From positions 355 through 64,354 of the forward strand of contig JAVKIP010000002.1 of the NCBI GenBank assembly GCA_031459385.1: DNA of 64,000 nucleotides, given 5' to 3'. Numbering within the stretch: the first letter of the stretch is position 1; every line of letters starts with the position of its first letter. This DNA is from Candidatus Fervidifonticultor secundus (lineage in GTDB: Bacteria; Sysuimicrobiota; Sysuimicrobiia; Sysuimicrobiales; Humicultoraceae). The notes under the pieces were generated by a model. That model was not told the origin of the DNA, searched no databases, and was given only the letters and a program-made list of their open reading frames with translations. Position numbers and translations under genes: made by a program. Shown here in pieces: positions 20,123 to 30,596 of this stretch.

Positions 20123-21216
20123 CGATGCTCGATCAGCCCGCGCGCGCCGGCGGCGCCATGCTGCTGCGGGGCGAGGTGCGAGCCCTGCGCGCATACCGCC
20201 TGGCCCAGCCGCAAGACGCCATCCGGCTGCACCAGAACGAGGCGCCCGACGACTGGCCCGAGGCCGTCAAGCGCGAGGTGGCCCGGCAGCTGGTGGCCGC
20301 CGCCTGGCACCGCTATCCCGGGGCCCGCGCCGAGGCGGTGTGCGAGGCGATCGGGAGGCTGCAGGGCACTCCGGCCTCCATGGTGGTGGCCACGGCAGGC
20401 TCCAACGAGGCGTTGTGGGCGCTGTTCGCGGCCTACGCGGCCCGCGGCACGGTGGTGCTCCCTGCGCCGACGTACTCGATGGCCAGGACGCTCGCTACCG
20501 TGGCAGGCGCACGGGTGGTGGAGGTGCCGCTGGGGCAGGGTTTCACGCTGGACGCCGGCGCGGTGCTGCGGGCGGCCCATGCGCACCGGGCCGAGCTCAT
20601 CTACCTGGTCTCGCCCAACAATCCCACCGGCAACCTGCTCGCCCCCGACGCGGTCCGCGAGGTGATTGCCGGCGCGCCCGGCGCCGTGGCGATCGACGAG
20701 GCCTACTGGGAGTTCGCCAGCGTCTCGCACCTGGACGCCGTCAGGCGGTGGCCGCATGTGGTGCTCGTGCGCACGTTCAGCAAGGCCATGGGCGGTGCCG
20801 GGCTGCGCGTGGGATGGATCACCGCGCCGGAGGAGGTCGCGGCCGAGTTACAGAAGGTGCTGCCGCCTTATAGCCTCAACATCTTCGCGCACGTGGCGGT
20901 ACCCGTGCTCGTCGCACACCGCGACGTCGCGCGGGCGCGCGTGGCGGCCGTGGTCGAGGAGCGGGCCCGCGTGGCCCGGGCCCTGGCGGCGCTGGGGCTC
21001 ACGGTCTATCCGAGCGAGACCAACTTCCTGCTCTTCGAGCCCGGCCGCCCGCCGGGCGAGGTGTGGCAGGCGCTGGCGGAGGAGGGGGTGCTGGTGCGCG
21101 ACGTCTCGCGTGTCGCCGGGCTCGAGGCGTGCCTGCGCGTCTCGATCGGCCGCCCAGCGGAGAACGAGCGCTTCCTGGACGCGCTGCGGGCAGTGCTGGA
21201 GGGCCGCGGGCGATGA
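20119..21216 (+). CDS. hisC: Histidinol-phosphate aminotransferase
   Basis: L.QNE, SPNNPTG, IDEAY, RTFSKA.G.AGLRVG. Confidence 0.93.
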   Translation: MTMLDQPARAGGAMLLRGEVRALRAYRLAQPQDAIRLHQNEAPDDWPEAVKREVARQLVAAAWHRYPGARAEAVCEAIGRLQGTPASMVVATAGSNEALWALFAAYAARGTVVLPAPTYSMARTLATVAGARVVEVPLGQGFTLDAGAVLRAAHAHRAELIYLVSPNNPTGNLLAPDAVREVIAGAPGAVAIDEAYWEFASVSHLDAVRRWPHVVLVRTFSKAMGGAGLRVGWITAPEEVAAELQKVLPPYSLNIFAHVAVPVLVAHRDVARARVAAVVEERARVARALAALGLTVYPSETNFLLFEPGRPPGEVWQALAEEGVLVRDVSRVAGLEACLRVSIGRPAENERFLDALRAVLEGRGR

Positions 21217-21794
21217 GCCGGCACGCCGAGATCGAGCGTGCCACGGTCGAGACGCGGATCAGGGTCACCCTCGACCTGGACGGCGACGGCCGGGCGGACG
21301 TGCGTACCGGCGTGGCGTTCTACGACCACCTGCTGGCTGCTCTGGCGAGGTTCGCGGGCTTCTCGCTGGCCGTCCGGGCCGAGGGCGACCTGGCCGTCGA
21401 CCCGCACCACACCGTCGAGGACGTGGCCATCGTGCTCGGGCAGGCGTTCCGTGCGGCGCTGGGCGACGCTGCGGGCATCGCCCGCTTCGCGTCGCTGCAC
21501 CTGCCGATGGACGAGGCGCTGGTCTGCATCGCCCTGGATGTCTCGGGGCGGCCCTACCTCCACGCCGACCTGGCGTTTCCCCAGGATCGCGTGGGGGACC
21601 TCCCGGTGGAGCTGGTCGAGGAGGCGCTGCGCGCCTTCACCACCCACGCAGCGGTGACGCTGCACGTGGATCAGGTGCGCGGCCGCAACAGCCACCATGT
21701 CGCGGAAGCGGTGTTCAAGGGCCTGGGCGTGGCCCTGGGCCGCGCGGTGGCCGTGGTCGGCCGTGGGGTGCCCTCGACCAAGGGCGTGCTCTAG
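21213..21794 (+). CDS. hisB: Imidazoleglycerol-phosphate dehydratase
   Basis: GDL.VD.HHTVED, PMDEAL, GRNSHH.AEA.FK, PSTKG. Confidence 0.96.
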   Translation: MSRHAEIERATVETRIRVTLDLDGDGRADVRTGVAFYDHLLAALARFAGFSLAVRAEGDLAVDPHHTVEDVAIVLGQAFRAALGDAAGIARFASLHLPMDEALVCIALDVSGRPYLHADLAFPQDRVGDLPVELVEEALRAFTTHAAVTLHVDQVRGRNSHHVAEAVFKGLGVALGRAVAVVGRGVPSTKGVL

Positions 21795-21805
21795 GGGGAC
21801 GTCGC

Positions 21806-22432
21806 GTGGAGGTCGCGGTCGTCGACTACGGTGCGGGCAACCTGCGCAGTGTGACGCGGGCGCTGGCGGCGGCGGGCGGCGCGCCGCGGCTGGTGCGCGC
21901 GCCCGAGGGCCTGGCCGGCGCGCGCCTGGTGGTGGTGCCCGGCGTCGGCGCGTTCGCCCCAGCCATGCGCCGCCTGCACGCTGCGGGCCTGGTGGACGCG
22001 CTGCGGGCAGTGGCGCGGTCCGGGACACCGCTGCTGGGCCTGTGCCTGGGCATGCAGCTGCTCTTCGACGAGAGCGACGAGGGCGGCCAGGTCACCGAAG
22101 GGCTGGGGATCCTGCGCGGCGTCGTGCGGCGCCTGCCGCCTGGGGTCAAGGTACCGCACATGGGCTGGAACACCCTGGAGATCGACCGTCCCGGCCCGCT
22201 GGTGGCCGGGCTGCCCGACCCAGCCTACGTCTACTTCGTCCACTCGTACGTTGTCCGCCCCGCAGATCGCGCGGTCGTCGTGGCCTGGTCCACCCATGGT
22301 GAGCGATTTCCCGCCATCGTGCGCGCCGGCAGTATCTTCGGCTTCCAGTTCCACCCCGAGAAGAGCAGCCGGCTCGGCGCCCGGCTGCTGGGCAACCTCC
22401 TGGCGGGCCTGCGCGCTCGCGTCGCCCCATGA
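21806..22432 (+). CDS. hisH: IGP synthase glutamine amidotransferase subunit
   Basis: VDYGAGNLRS, PGVGAF, GLCLGMQ, PHMGWN, QFHPEKS. Confidence 0.96.
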   Translation: MEVAVVDYGAGNLRSVTRALAAAGGAPRLVRAPEGLAGARLVVVPGVGAFAPAMRRLHAAGLVDALRAVARSGTPLLGLCLGMQLLFDESDEGGQVTEGLGILRGVVRRLPPGVKVPHMGWNTLEIDRPGPLVAGLPDPAYVYFVHSYVVRPADRAVVVAWSTHGERFPAIVRAGSIFGFQFHPEKSSRLGARLLGNLLAGLRARVAP

Positions 22433-23145
22433 TCGTGTACGCGGCCATCGACCTGCGCGGCGGGCGGGCCGTGCGCCTGCGGCAGGGTGATCCTGCCCGC
22501 GAGGACGTCTTCGCGGACGATCCTGTCGCTGTCGCCCGGCGGTGGGCGGCCGAGGGCGCGGCCTGGCTCCACCTGGTGGACCTGGACGGTGCGCTGGCCG
22601 GCGCGCCCAGGCACGTGGATGCCATCGGCCGTATCTGCGCCGCCGTGCCGGTGCCGGTGCAGGTGGGCGGCGGGCTGCGACGCCTGGCCGACGTCGAGAC
22701 CGTCCTGGCCGCAGGTGCCGCCAGGGCGATTCTGGGCACCGCGGCGCTCGCGGGCCCGCTGCTGCGTCAGGCGGTCCGGCGCTTCGGCGAGCAGATCGCG
22801 GTCTCGCTGGACGTCCGGCGCGGCGCCGTCGCCGTCTGCGGGTGGCAGGCCGTGACGGCCTTTCCGGTGCTGGAGGCCGCGCGGCGCGTGGTGGCCGACG
22901 GCGCGCCGCGAGTGATCTACACTGACGTGACGCGCGACGGCATGCTCGCCGGCCCGGACCTCGGCGGGCTGGCCGCGCTGGTCCGCGCCCTCCCGGTGCC
23001 CGTGATCCTGGCCGGCGGGGTGACGACGCCCGACGACGTGCGGGCCGCAGGCGCGGCCGGCGCCGAGGGCGTAATCGTCGGCCGCGCGCTGTACGAGGGA
23101 CGCCTCCGCCTGGCGGAGCTGCTGCGCCTGCCGGGGGTGCGCTGA
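22429..23145 (+). CDS. hisA: ProFAR isomerase
   Basis: [37 protein letters not shown]. Confidence 0.96.
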   Translation: MIVYAAIDLRGGRAVRLRQGDPAREDVFADDPVAVARRWAAEGAAWLHLVDLDGALAGAPRHVDAIGRICAAVPVPVQVGGGLRRLADVETVLAAGAARAILGTAALAGPLLRQAVRRFGEQIAVSLDVRRGAVAVCGWQAVTAFPVLEAARRVVADGAPRVIYTDVTRDGMLAGPDLGGLAALVRALPVPVILAGGVTTPDDVRAAGAAGAEGVIVGRALYEGRLRLAELLRLPGVR

Positions 23146-23936
23146 TGCTGGCCAAGCGCGTGGTGCCGTGCCTGGACGTGGCGGAGGGCCGCGTGGTCAA
23201 GGGCCGCGCGTTCGTCGACCTGCGCGACGCGGGCGACCCGGTGGCGCTCGCCGCGCGCTACGACCGCGAGGGCGCCGACGAGCTCGTCTACCTCGATATC
23301 ACGGCGTCCGTCGAGGCCCGCGGTACGCTGCTCGACGTCGTCCGGCGGACCGCCGAGCAGGTCTTCATCCCGCTCACCGTGGGTGGTGGTGTGCGGTCTG
23401 CTGACGACGTGCGGACCCTGCTCCTGGCGGGGGCCGACAAGGTCGCCGTCAACACGGCGGCCGTGGCGCGACCGGCCCTGGTGTCCGAGGCTGCCGAGCG
23501 GTTCGGCAGCCAATGCGTGGTCGTGGCGATCGACGCCAGGCGCCGGGAGGCCGGCGAGGCCGTGTGGTACGAGGTGATGACCCACGGCGGCCGCCGGCCC
23601 ACCGGGCTGGACGCGGTTACCTGGGCGCGCGAGGTGCAGCGGCTGGGCGCGGGCGAGATCCTGCTGACCAGCGTCGACCGCGACGGCACCGAGGAAGGGT
23701 ATGAGCTCGAGCTGACCCGGCGCGTGGCCGAGGCGGTGTCGATCCCGGTGGTCGCCTCAGGCGGGGCGGGACGCCCGGAGCACCTGTGCGAGGTGCTGAC
23801 TGTGGGGCGGGCAGATGCGGCACTGGCCGCGTCGATCTTCCACTACGGCCGCTACCCGATCCCCGTCTGCAAGGCGGCGCTGGCCGCGGCAGGTATTCCG
23901 GTGCGGCAGGACCGCGGGGAAGGGGAGTTAACGTGA
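23145..23936 (+). CDS. hisF: IGP synthase cyclase subunit
   Basis: [42 protein letters not shown]. Confidence 0.97.
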   Translation: MLAKRVVPCLDVAEGRVVKGRAFVDLRDAGDPVALAARYDREGADELVYLDITASVEARGTLLDVVRRTAEQVFIPLTVGGGVRSADDVRTLLLAGADKVAVNTAAVARPALVSEAAERFGSQCVVVAIDARRREAGEAVWYEVMTHGGRRPTGLDAVTWAREVQRLGAGEILLTSVDRDGTEEGYELELTRRVAEAVSIPVVASGGAGRPEHLCEVLTVGRADAALAASIFHYGRYPIPVCKAALAAAGIPVRQDRGEGELT

Positions 23937-24595
23937 GAGGTGCCGGCGATCACCCGCCCCGGGCCGCCCGCCCTGCGCCCGACGCGGTGCAGGCGGCGCT
24001 GCGGTGGGAGGCGGGACCGCTGCCCTGCATCGTGCAGGACGCGCGGTCGGGCACGGTGTTGATGCTCGCGTGGATGACCCGCGAGGCGTTCGAGCGCACG
24101 CTGGCCACGGGGCAGGCCTGGTTCTGGAGTCGTGCGCGCCAGGCGCTGTGGCGCAAGGGCGAGACCTCGGGCCACACCCAGCGGGTCGTCCGGGTGGCCG
24201 TGGACTGTGACGGCGACGCGGTGCTCCTGCAGGTGGTGCCGCAGGGTCCGGCCTGCCACACCGGTCATGCCTCGTGCTTCTACCGCGACGGGGGCGGCGC
24301 AGAACAGCCCGAGGCCGGGCCGGTGCTGGCTCGGCTGGAGGCGGTGGTCGCGCAGCGCCGCCGTACGATGCCGGCCGGGTCGTACACCGCGCAGCTGCTG
24401 GCAGGCGGCGTGGAGGTCACGGGTGCCAAGGTGCTCGAGGAAGCCGGGGAGGTCGTGTGGGCCGCGCGCGAGGAAACGACCGACCGGGTGGCGGAGGAGG
24501 TGGCCGACCTGATCTACCACCTCCTGGTGCTGCTGGCGGCCCGAGGCATGCCGCTGGCGCGCGCGCTGGACGTGCTGGCGGCGCGGGGGGCATGA
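23933..24595 (+). CDS. hisIE: Bifunctional PR-AMP cyclohydrolase / PR-ATP pyrophosphatase
   Basis: [40 protein letters not shown]. Confidence 0.95.
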   Translation: MRGAGDHPPRAARPAPDAVQAALRWEAGPLPCIVQDARSGTVLMLAWMTREAFERTLATGQAWFWSRARQALWRKGETSGHTQRVVRVAVDCDGDAVLLQVVPQGPACHTGHASCFYRDGGGAEQPEAGPVLARLEAVVAQRRRTMPAGSYTAQLLAGGVEVTGAKVLEEAGEVVWAAREETTDRVAEEVADLIYHLLVLLAARGMPLARALDVLAARGA

Positions 24596-24630
24596 GGCGC
24601 CCCCCCCGCGCCGCGGAGGCTCGAAGGCGC

Positions 24631-25782
24631 CTACGGCTCTTTGGGCCAGGGCCCGACGACGCCCGGGGCCGCCCACTCCATGCTGGTGAGTTCCGCGACA
24701 GTCATCCGCTTGCCGGCTGGCACGCGCAGGACGCCCTTGCGGTCCCGGATCGGCCCGGTGTACGGGTCGAAGGCGACGGGGGTCCGGGCCATCTGGGCGT
24801 GGCGCCGCATGACCAGGTCGTAGACCGACAGCCGCCCCAGGTCCGCAGTCTGCACGGTGACGGCCTTCAGGCGCCCGGCCCACTGCGGGTTGATCGGCTC
24901 GCCCATCTCACATCCGAGCTCGACCGCGCCCTCCGCCAGCAGCCACCAGTAATCGACGTTTTGCAGGTTCTCCGTGGTGTACCGGCCCTCGTACACCTTG
25001 CGCAGGAAGTCCACGTAGATCTTGTCCCAGTGGACGAGCTGTCCCGACAGGCAGTGCTGGGGCGCGAACTTCTTCATGGGCGAGTAGTGCCCGAAGCTGG
25101 GCAGGTTGCGCCGGGCCGCGACCTGGACCACGGTTGGCGAGTCCTCGGTGAAGGCGAAGACGTCGGCGCCCTCGGCGATGAGCGCCTCGGTGGCCTCTTT
25201 GGCTGCTGGCGGGTTGAACCAGTCGTTGATCCAGCGCACGTGCACCGTCGCCCGCGGGTTGACCGCGCGCACGCCCAGGGCGAACGCGTCGAGGTGACGC
25301 TTGACCTCCGAGATGGGGTGCGCGCCCACGTAGGCGGTCTTACCGGTCCTGGTGATGGCACCGGCCATCAGGCCGTTCAGGTAGTAGATCTGGTAGAAGT
25401 CGGCCATGTACGTCGCCATGTTCGGCGCCCGCTTGAACCCCGACGCATGGGCGAAGATGTGGTTGGGGTAACGCCGGGCGGCCGCCAGCGTGCCGTCCAT
25501 GAAGCCGAAGCTGGTGGTGAAGATCACCCGCGCGCCCTGCTGGATGAGCTTGTCGATGAACAGCGACTCCTGCCCTTCCTTCACGCTCTCGATGTAGACC
25601 GTCTCGAGCCAGGGGAGCTGCTTCTCGGCGATCTTCCGGCCCACGTCGTGGGCGTGGGTCCACCCGTAGTCGCCGATCGGCCCCACGTAGATGAAGCCGG
25701 CCTTGAGCTTCTGCTGCGCCCCGCCGACGCCCGCGAAGCCGGCGACCAGCAGCGCCGTGACCACCACCGCCATCCACCGCAT
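24631..25782 (-). CDS. BMP family ABC transporter substrate-binding protein (purine nucleoside type)
   Basis: Start MRWMAVV after a GGAGGAG SD; GFIYVGPIGDYGWT.AHD.GR, IFTTSFGF, W.N.WFNP. Confidence 0.92.
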   Translation of the reverse strand: MRWMAVVVTALLVAGFAGVGGAQQKLKAGFIYVGPIGDYGWTHAHDVGRKIAEKQLPWLETVYIESVKEGQESLFIDKLIQQGARVIFTTSFGFMDGTLAAARRYPNHIFAHASGFKRAPNMATYMADFYQIYYLNGLMAGAITRTGKTAYVGAHPISEVKRHLDAFALGVRAVNPRATVHVRWINDWFNPPAAKEATEALIAEGADVFAFTEDSPTVVQVAARRNLPSFGHYSPMKKFAPQHCLSGQLVHWDKIYVDFLRKVYEGRYTTENLQNVDYWWLLAEGAVELGCEMGEPINPQWAGRLKAVTVQTADLGRLSVYDLVMRRHAQMARTPVAFDPYTGPIRDRKGVLRVPAGKRMTVAELTSMEWAAPGVVGPWPKEP

Positions 25783-25925
25783 GACGCTCCTCCTTTCGCT
25801 CGCCCTCCCGCCCTTCGGATACGCCTCGAACGCGCCCTTACCTGCTGCCGGGGGAGTGGGTGCAGCGCGCATCGCGCCCCGCCGCGTCCGAGACCCAGGA
25901 GGGCACGCAGCGGTGGGGGCCGCTC

Positions 25926-26783
25926 CTACTCTCCCGGCGCGTAGGGTAGGCCCAGGGCCTCGGGCGCGCCCTGTCCGCGCTGCCGGCGCGTCATCACCGC
26001 CAGGGCCGCGATGGTGAACGCGAAGGGCAGCATGCGCAGGAACTCGGGCGCCACCCACGCCTGCAGCCGGAACGACAGGAAGAACAGCGCACCGTACAGG
26101 AACGTCCCGGCCACGGCCCGCAGGGGATCCCACCCGGCGAAGATGGCCAGCGCGATGGCGATCCACCCCAACCCGGCGGTCATTCCTTCGGTCCACGACG
26201 GCCGATAGGCGACCGAGAGGAACCCGCCTGCGACCCCGGCCAGCATCCCGCCGAACACCACCGCAGCGTAGCGCACCCTGGCCACGTTGACGCCCATGGC
26301 GGCTGCCGCCGCGGGCGACTCGCCGGTCGAGCGGAGGACCAGGCCCAGGCGCGTATGGTACAGCACGACCCAGAGCGCGACCGCGAGCCCCAGACCCAGG
26401 TAGGTGAGCGTCGCCACCTCCGGGAGCGCGTTGAGCAGCGGGGTACCTTCCCATCCGCGGCCCAGCACGCCAGCGGTCCCCAGGCCGAACATCGCCAACG
26501 CCAGGCCCGAGACGTACTGATTGCCGCGCAGCGTGATGACCACCACGGCGTGCAGCAGCGCAACCGTCCCGCCCGCGCCTGCTGCCACCAGCAGGCCGAG
26601 GGCGGGGTGGCCGGTCGTGTGCGCCACGGCGAAGGCGACGAAGGCTCCCAGGATCATCATCCCTTCTACGCCCAGGTTCACGACGCCGCTGCGCTCGGCA
26701 TAGATCTCGCCCAGGGACGCCCACAGCAGCGGCGTACCCACCGCCAGGGCGCGGATGACCGTGGTGAGGACGTAGTCGATCAC
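25926..26783 (-). CDS. Nucleoside ABC transporter permease 2
   Basis: GTPLLWASLGE..AERSGVVNLGVEGMM, GWIAIAL.IF.GW.P. Confidence 0.9.
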   Translation of the reverse strand: MIDYVLTTVIRALAVGTPLLWASLGEIYAERSGVVNLGVEGMMILGAFVAFAVAHTTGHPALGLLVAAGAGGTVALLHAVVVITLRGNQYVSGLALAMFGLGTAGVLGRGWEGTPLLNALPEVATLTYLGLGLAVALWVVLYHTRLGLVLRSTGESPAAAAAMGVNVARVRYAAVVFGGMLAGVAGGFLSVAYRPSWTEGMTAGLGWIAIALAIFAGWDPLRAVAGTFLYGALFFLSFRLQAWVAPEFLRMLPFAFTIAALAVMTRRQRGQGAPEALGLPYAPGE

Positions 26784-27937
26784 GCCCGCGGCGCTCCTCC
26801 CGGCGTCCCCCCGCGGGGCACGCCATCGTCTGGGGCGGTTGCCAGCACCGGCACCCCGCCCCCGCGTGCCGGGCTCCAGCGCATCCGGTACCCCAGCAGG
26901 CGCTCGCTCCCGATGAGGAAGAAGAGAATCAGCCCGTTGAACATCAGGGTCACCTGGAACGGCAGCTGCAAGGAGACCTTCATGACGTCGCCGCCGGTGA
27001 AGATCCATCCGAGGAAGAGGGCGGTGAGCACGGCGGCCAGCGGGCTGCCGCGCGCCAGCCACGCCACGATGATGGCGGCGTAGCCGTACCCGGACGATAC
27101 CTGCATGGGCGAGAGGAGCTTGTGGTGAATCCCGGCGACCTCGCCCGCGCCCGCCAGCCCGGCCAGGCCCGCCGAGAGGACCATGGCCGCCAGGCTGGTC
27201 CGCACCGGGTCGATGCCGGCGTAGCGGGCCGCGTGCGGATTCTGCCCCAGGACCCGGATCTCGAACCCCAGGCCCGTGCGGGCCAGCAGGAGCGCCAGCC
27301 CTCCGGCCGCCAGCAGGCCCAGCAGCAGGGTGGGCCAGTGGACGTGCGTGCCGGGGAGCACCGGCAGCCAGGCGGCCTCCGGAAAGGTGTCGGTGTACGC
27401 GAAGCCGAACACGTCGCGACCCTTCCACGGTCCGTGGATCAGCCATTCGACCAGGAAGAGCGCGATGTAGTTCATCATGAGCGTCGTGATGACCTCATTG
27501 ACCTCGAGGCGCAGCCGCAGCCACGCGGGCAGCACACCCCACAGGGCGCCGGCCGCGAAGCTGGCCGCGAACAGCAGCGGGATCGCCCAGGGCCCGGCGG
27601 GCAGGAACAGCGCGACACCGGTGGCGCCCACGGCGCCAGCTAGCAACTGTCCTTCGGCGCCGATGTTCCAGAACTGGGCACGAAACGCCACGACCAGGCC
27701 CGCGCCGCACAGGAGCAGCGGGGTCATCTGGCGGAGGATCTCCGGTGCGGCGCGCGGGTCGGCCACGGTGCCGGTGACGATCGCGCCGTAGACGCGGGCG
27801 GGCGACAGCCCGAAGGCCCAGAACATGACCACCGTGGCCGCCAGGGCCGCCGCCACGGCGCCTGCCGAGACCGTCAGGACCCAGGGGCCCGACGGCGCCA
27901 CCGCGCGCTCGATGACCACCGGGCCCAGGCGCCTCAT
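26780..27937 (-). CDS. Nucleoside ABC transporter permease 1
   Basis: FRAQFWNIGAEGQ, NEVITTLMMNY, GYGYAAIIVA.LAR. Confidence 0.92.
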   Translation of the reverse strand: MRRLGPVVIERAVAPSGPWVLTVSAGAVAAALAATVVMFWAFGLSPARVYGAIVTGTVADPRAAPEILRQMTPLLLCGAGLVVAFRAQFWNIGAEGQLLAGAVGATGVALFLPAGPWAIPLLFAASFAAGALWGVLPAWLRLRLEVNEVITTLMMNYIALFLVEWLIHGPWKGRDVFGFAYTDTFPEAAWLPVLPGTHVHWPTLLLGLLAAGGLALLLARTGLGFEIRVLGQNPHAARYAGIDPVRTSLAAMVLSAGLAGLAGAGEVAGIHHKLLSPMQVSSGYGYAAIIVAWLARGSPLAAVLTALFLGWIFTGGDVMKVSLQLPFQVTLMFNGLILFFLIGSERLLGYRMRWSPARGGGVPVLATAPDDGVPRGGTPGGAPRA

Positions 27938-29430
27938 GCGCGCTGCCCCAGCATCAGCAGGCCGAGGCGTTCGGGATCAACATCCTCCGCGGCAAGTTCG
28001 CCCGCGATCTCCCCGCCGAAGAACACCGCGATGCGATCCGAGAGCGCCATGACCTCGTCCAGGTCTTCCGAGACCAGCAGGACCGCCGCGCCCTCCTGCC
28101 GCCGCTGCAGCAACCGTGCGTGCACCTGTTCCGTGGCGCTGACGTCCAGCCCGGCGGTCGGGTGCGCCGCGACGACCAGCGTAGGCCGGCCCGCGAGCTC
28201 GCGACCCAGGATGAGTTTCTGGATATTGCCGCCGGACAGCACGCGGGCGGGCACCTCTGGGCCTGGGGTGGCGATCTCGTACTCTGCGATGACCTGGCGG
28301 GCGAACGCCGTGATCGCCCGCAGGTCGATGCATGGGCCGCGGGAGAACGGCGGCTGACGATAGCGGCGCAGGACCAGATTTTCGGCCACGGACATCGTGG
28401 GGACGATGCCGTCGCGCAGACGGTCCTCAGGGATGTGCGCCACGCCGGCGTCGTGGAGCGCGCGTGGCGGCTGGTTGGTGACGTCGCGGCCCCCGAGCAG
28501 GACGCGGCCGGCCGTGGCGCGGCGCAGGCCGGTCAGGACCTCCACCAGCTCGCGCTGCCCGTTCCCGGCCACGCCGGCGATGCCCAGGATCTCGCCCTGG
28601 CGGACGGTGAGCGAGACGCCACGCAGGGCCTCCACGCCCCGGGCGTTCCGCGCGCGCAGGCGCTCCACGCGCAGCAGGACGTCGCCCGGCGGGCGCGGCC
28701 GCCGCGCCGGGCGGAGCTCGACCTCGCGCCCGACCATCAGCCGCGCCAGCGTCCGGCGGTCGATCTCGTCCACGGGCAGGCTGGCCACGACCCGGCCCCG
28801 GCGCAGCACCGTCACGCGGTCGGCGATCGCCATCACCTCGTCCAGCTTGTGCGAGATGAAGATCACCGCGTGGCCGTCGCGCCGCATCCGGTCCAGGACC
28901 CCGAAGAGGCCGCGCACTTCCTGCGGGGTCAGCACGCTGGTCGGCTCGTCCAGAATCAGGATCCTGGCGCCCCGGAGCAGCACCTTGAGGATTTCCACCC
29001 GCTGCTGCTCGCTGGGCGACAGGTCGGCCGCCCGCGCGCGGGGATCCACGCCCAGGCCGTAGCGGGTCGCCAGCTCGACCAGGCGGGACTCCACCCGCCG
29101 TGTGGGGCGGAGGAACGGCGTACCCGGCAGGCCCAGGGCCGCGTTCTCGGCGACCGTGTGCCGGCGGATGAGGAGGAAGTGCTGCGGGACCATACCGATA
29201 CCCAGGCGCAGCGCATCGCGCGGCGACCGGATCCGCACCCGCTCCCCGTGCAGCCGGATCTCGCCGGCGTCGGGCTGCTGCAACCCGTAGAGGACGGTCA
29301 TCAGGGTGGTCTTGCCAGCGCCGTTCTCCCCCAGGAGCGCGTGCACTTCGCCGGGGGCGACCTGCAGCGTGACCCGGTCGTTGGCGATCACGCCCGGGAA
29401 GCGCTTGGTGATCTCGCGCAGCTCGAGCAT
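27934..29430 (-). CDS. Nucleoside/sugar ABC transporter ATP-binding protein (double NBD)
   Basis: GENGAGKTT, ILDEPT, ISHKL, GVAGNGQ, LSGGNIQK. Confidence 0.95.
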   Translation of the reverse strand: MLELREITKRFPGVIANDRVTLQVAPGEVHALLGENGAGKTTLMTVLYGLQQPDAGEIRLHGERVRIRSPRDALRLGIGMVPQHFLLIRRHTVAENAALGLPGTPFLRPTRRVESRLVELATRYGLGVDPRARAADLSPSEQQRVEILKVLLRGARILILDEPTSVLTPQEVRGLFGVLDRMRRDGHAVIFISHKLDEVMAIADRVTVLRRGRVVASLPVDEIDRRTLARLMVGREVELRPARRPRPPGDVLLRVERLRARNARGVEALRGVSLTVRQGEILGIAGVAGNGQRELVEVLTGLRRATAGRVLLGGRDVTNQPPRALHDAGVAHIPEDRLRDGIVPTMSVAENLVLRRYRQPPFSRGPCIDLRAITAFARQVIAEYEIATPGPEVPARVLSGGNIQKLILGRELAGRPTLVVAAHPTAGLDVSATEQVHARLLQRRQEGAAVLLVSEDLDEVMALSDRIAVFFGGEIAGELAAEDVDPERLGLLMLGQRA

Positions 29431-29489
29431 GCCCGCGGATTCTGCACCGCCGCGGTGGGACCCTCTGCCGCGCGGCCGGGCGGGACGCC

Positions 29490-30035
29490 TCAGGCGTGGG
29501 CGGTCGGCTCGGCCCGCAGGACCCCGACGTAGGGCAGGTTGCGGTAGAGCTGCCGGTGGTCGAGCCCGTAGCCGACCACGAAGACGTCGGGGATCTCGAA
29601 CCCGCGGTAGCGGATGGGCAGGGTCTCGACGAGCCGCCGCACGCGCTTGTCGAGCAGCGTGCAGATCGCCAGATCGGCGGGGTCCCGGGCCTGCAGCGCG
29701 CGGATCAGGTACGACGCGGTGAGCCCGGTGTCGATAATGTCTTCCACGAGCAGCACCGAGCGGCCCGTGACCTCCTCGTCCAGGTCTTTGATCAGCCGCA
29801 CGACGCCCGTCGGCCCCTTCCCGCCGCGATACGAGCTGATGGCCAAGAAATCGATCGTCACCGGGATCTCCAGTGCGCGGGTCAGGTCCGTCAGGAAGTA
29901 GACGCCGCCCTTGAGCACCGTGACGACCAGGAGGTCGCGGCCCGCGTAGTCGCGGCTGATCGCCGCCGCGAGTTCGCCCACGCGGGCGCGGATCTCCGCC
30001 TCGGTAAAGAGGACCTCGACGGGCACTGCGGCCAT
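29490..30035 (-). CDS. hpt: Hypoxanthine phosphoribosyltransferase
   Basis: VLKGG, SSY, VLLVEDIIDTGLT, FVVGYGLD..YRNLPY. Confidence 0.96.
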   Translation of the reverse strand: MAAVPVEVLFTEAEIRARVGELAAAISRDYAGRDLLVVTVLKGGVYFLTDLTRALEIPVTIDFLAISSYRGGKGPTGVVRLIKDLDEEVTGRSVLLVEDIIDTGLTASYLIRALQARDPADLAICTLLDKRVRRLVETLPIRYRGFEIPDVFVVGYGLDHRQLYRNLPYVGVLRAEPTAHA

Positions 30036-30078
30036 CAGGGCCAGCGGCGGGATGCCGCGCGGGCGGGCGACGGCAGCC

Positions 30079-30423
30079 TCACCGGCTCCGCACCGGGTGC
30101 AGGCCGTACTTGGCCAGCAGGTTGCGGTAGTCGCGGCCGTAGAAGATCTTCACGCGGACGTCTGGATACAGCTCGCGCATGCGCCGCAGCTTGCGGTTCT
30201 TGCGCGTGACCAGGCTCTGCTTGAGCGTGGTGAGCTCCACGTACAGGTCCAGGTCCGGGAGGTAGAAGTCTGGGCTGAAGCTTTCGACGACTCGGCCCTG
30301 GGCGTCCCACTGGAGCGGGAAGGAGCGAGGCTCGTACTCCCACCGGATGCCGTAGAAGTCCAGGATCCGCGCGAACTCCGCCTCGCTGTCGTGGGCGAAA
30401 CGGACGCCCGACCGGACTGCCAT
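30079..30423 (-). CDS. Small conserved-looking protein with PD-(D/E)xK-like fold
   Basis: SE.EFARILDFYGI.WEYEP...F.PDFYLP...YVELTT; GC-rich codon usage; promoter directly upstream. Confidence 0.75.
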   Translation of the reverse strand: MAVRSGVRFAHDSEAEFARILDFYGIRWEYEPRSFPLQWDAQGRVVESFSPDFYLPDLDLYVELTTLKQSLVTRKNRKLRRMRELYPDVRVKIFYGRDYRNLLAKYGLHPVRSR

Positions 30424-30430
30424 TGGTGCC

Positions 30431-30459
30431 AGTATAGAGAGCGGCGGGGCCTCCCGCAA
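30431..30459 (-). promoter_or_regulatory. Sigma70 promoter TTGCGG-N17-TATACT, leaderless start at 30423
   Basis: -10 hexamer 7 nt upstream of the ATG; no SD. Confidence 0.6.
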
Positions 30460-30596
30460 GGTCGGGCGCCGGTGGGGGCCACCGGGGTCGGTGCGGGCGG
30501 GACCGGGGAAGTGGTAGAATAGAGTAGCGCATGCCTGCCAGGACCGCCCGGAGCCGGTGGGCGGTATTCGTGTGCCCACATGAGGAGGAGTCCTGC

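Noticed and set aside
24631..26826. 731-aa ORF suggesting an extended BMP protein
   Set aside because: The real start is ATG 25782 with an SD and signal peptide; the upstream part overlaps the permease in another frame
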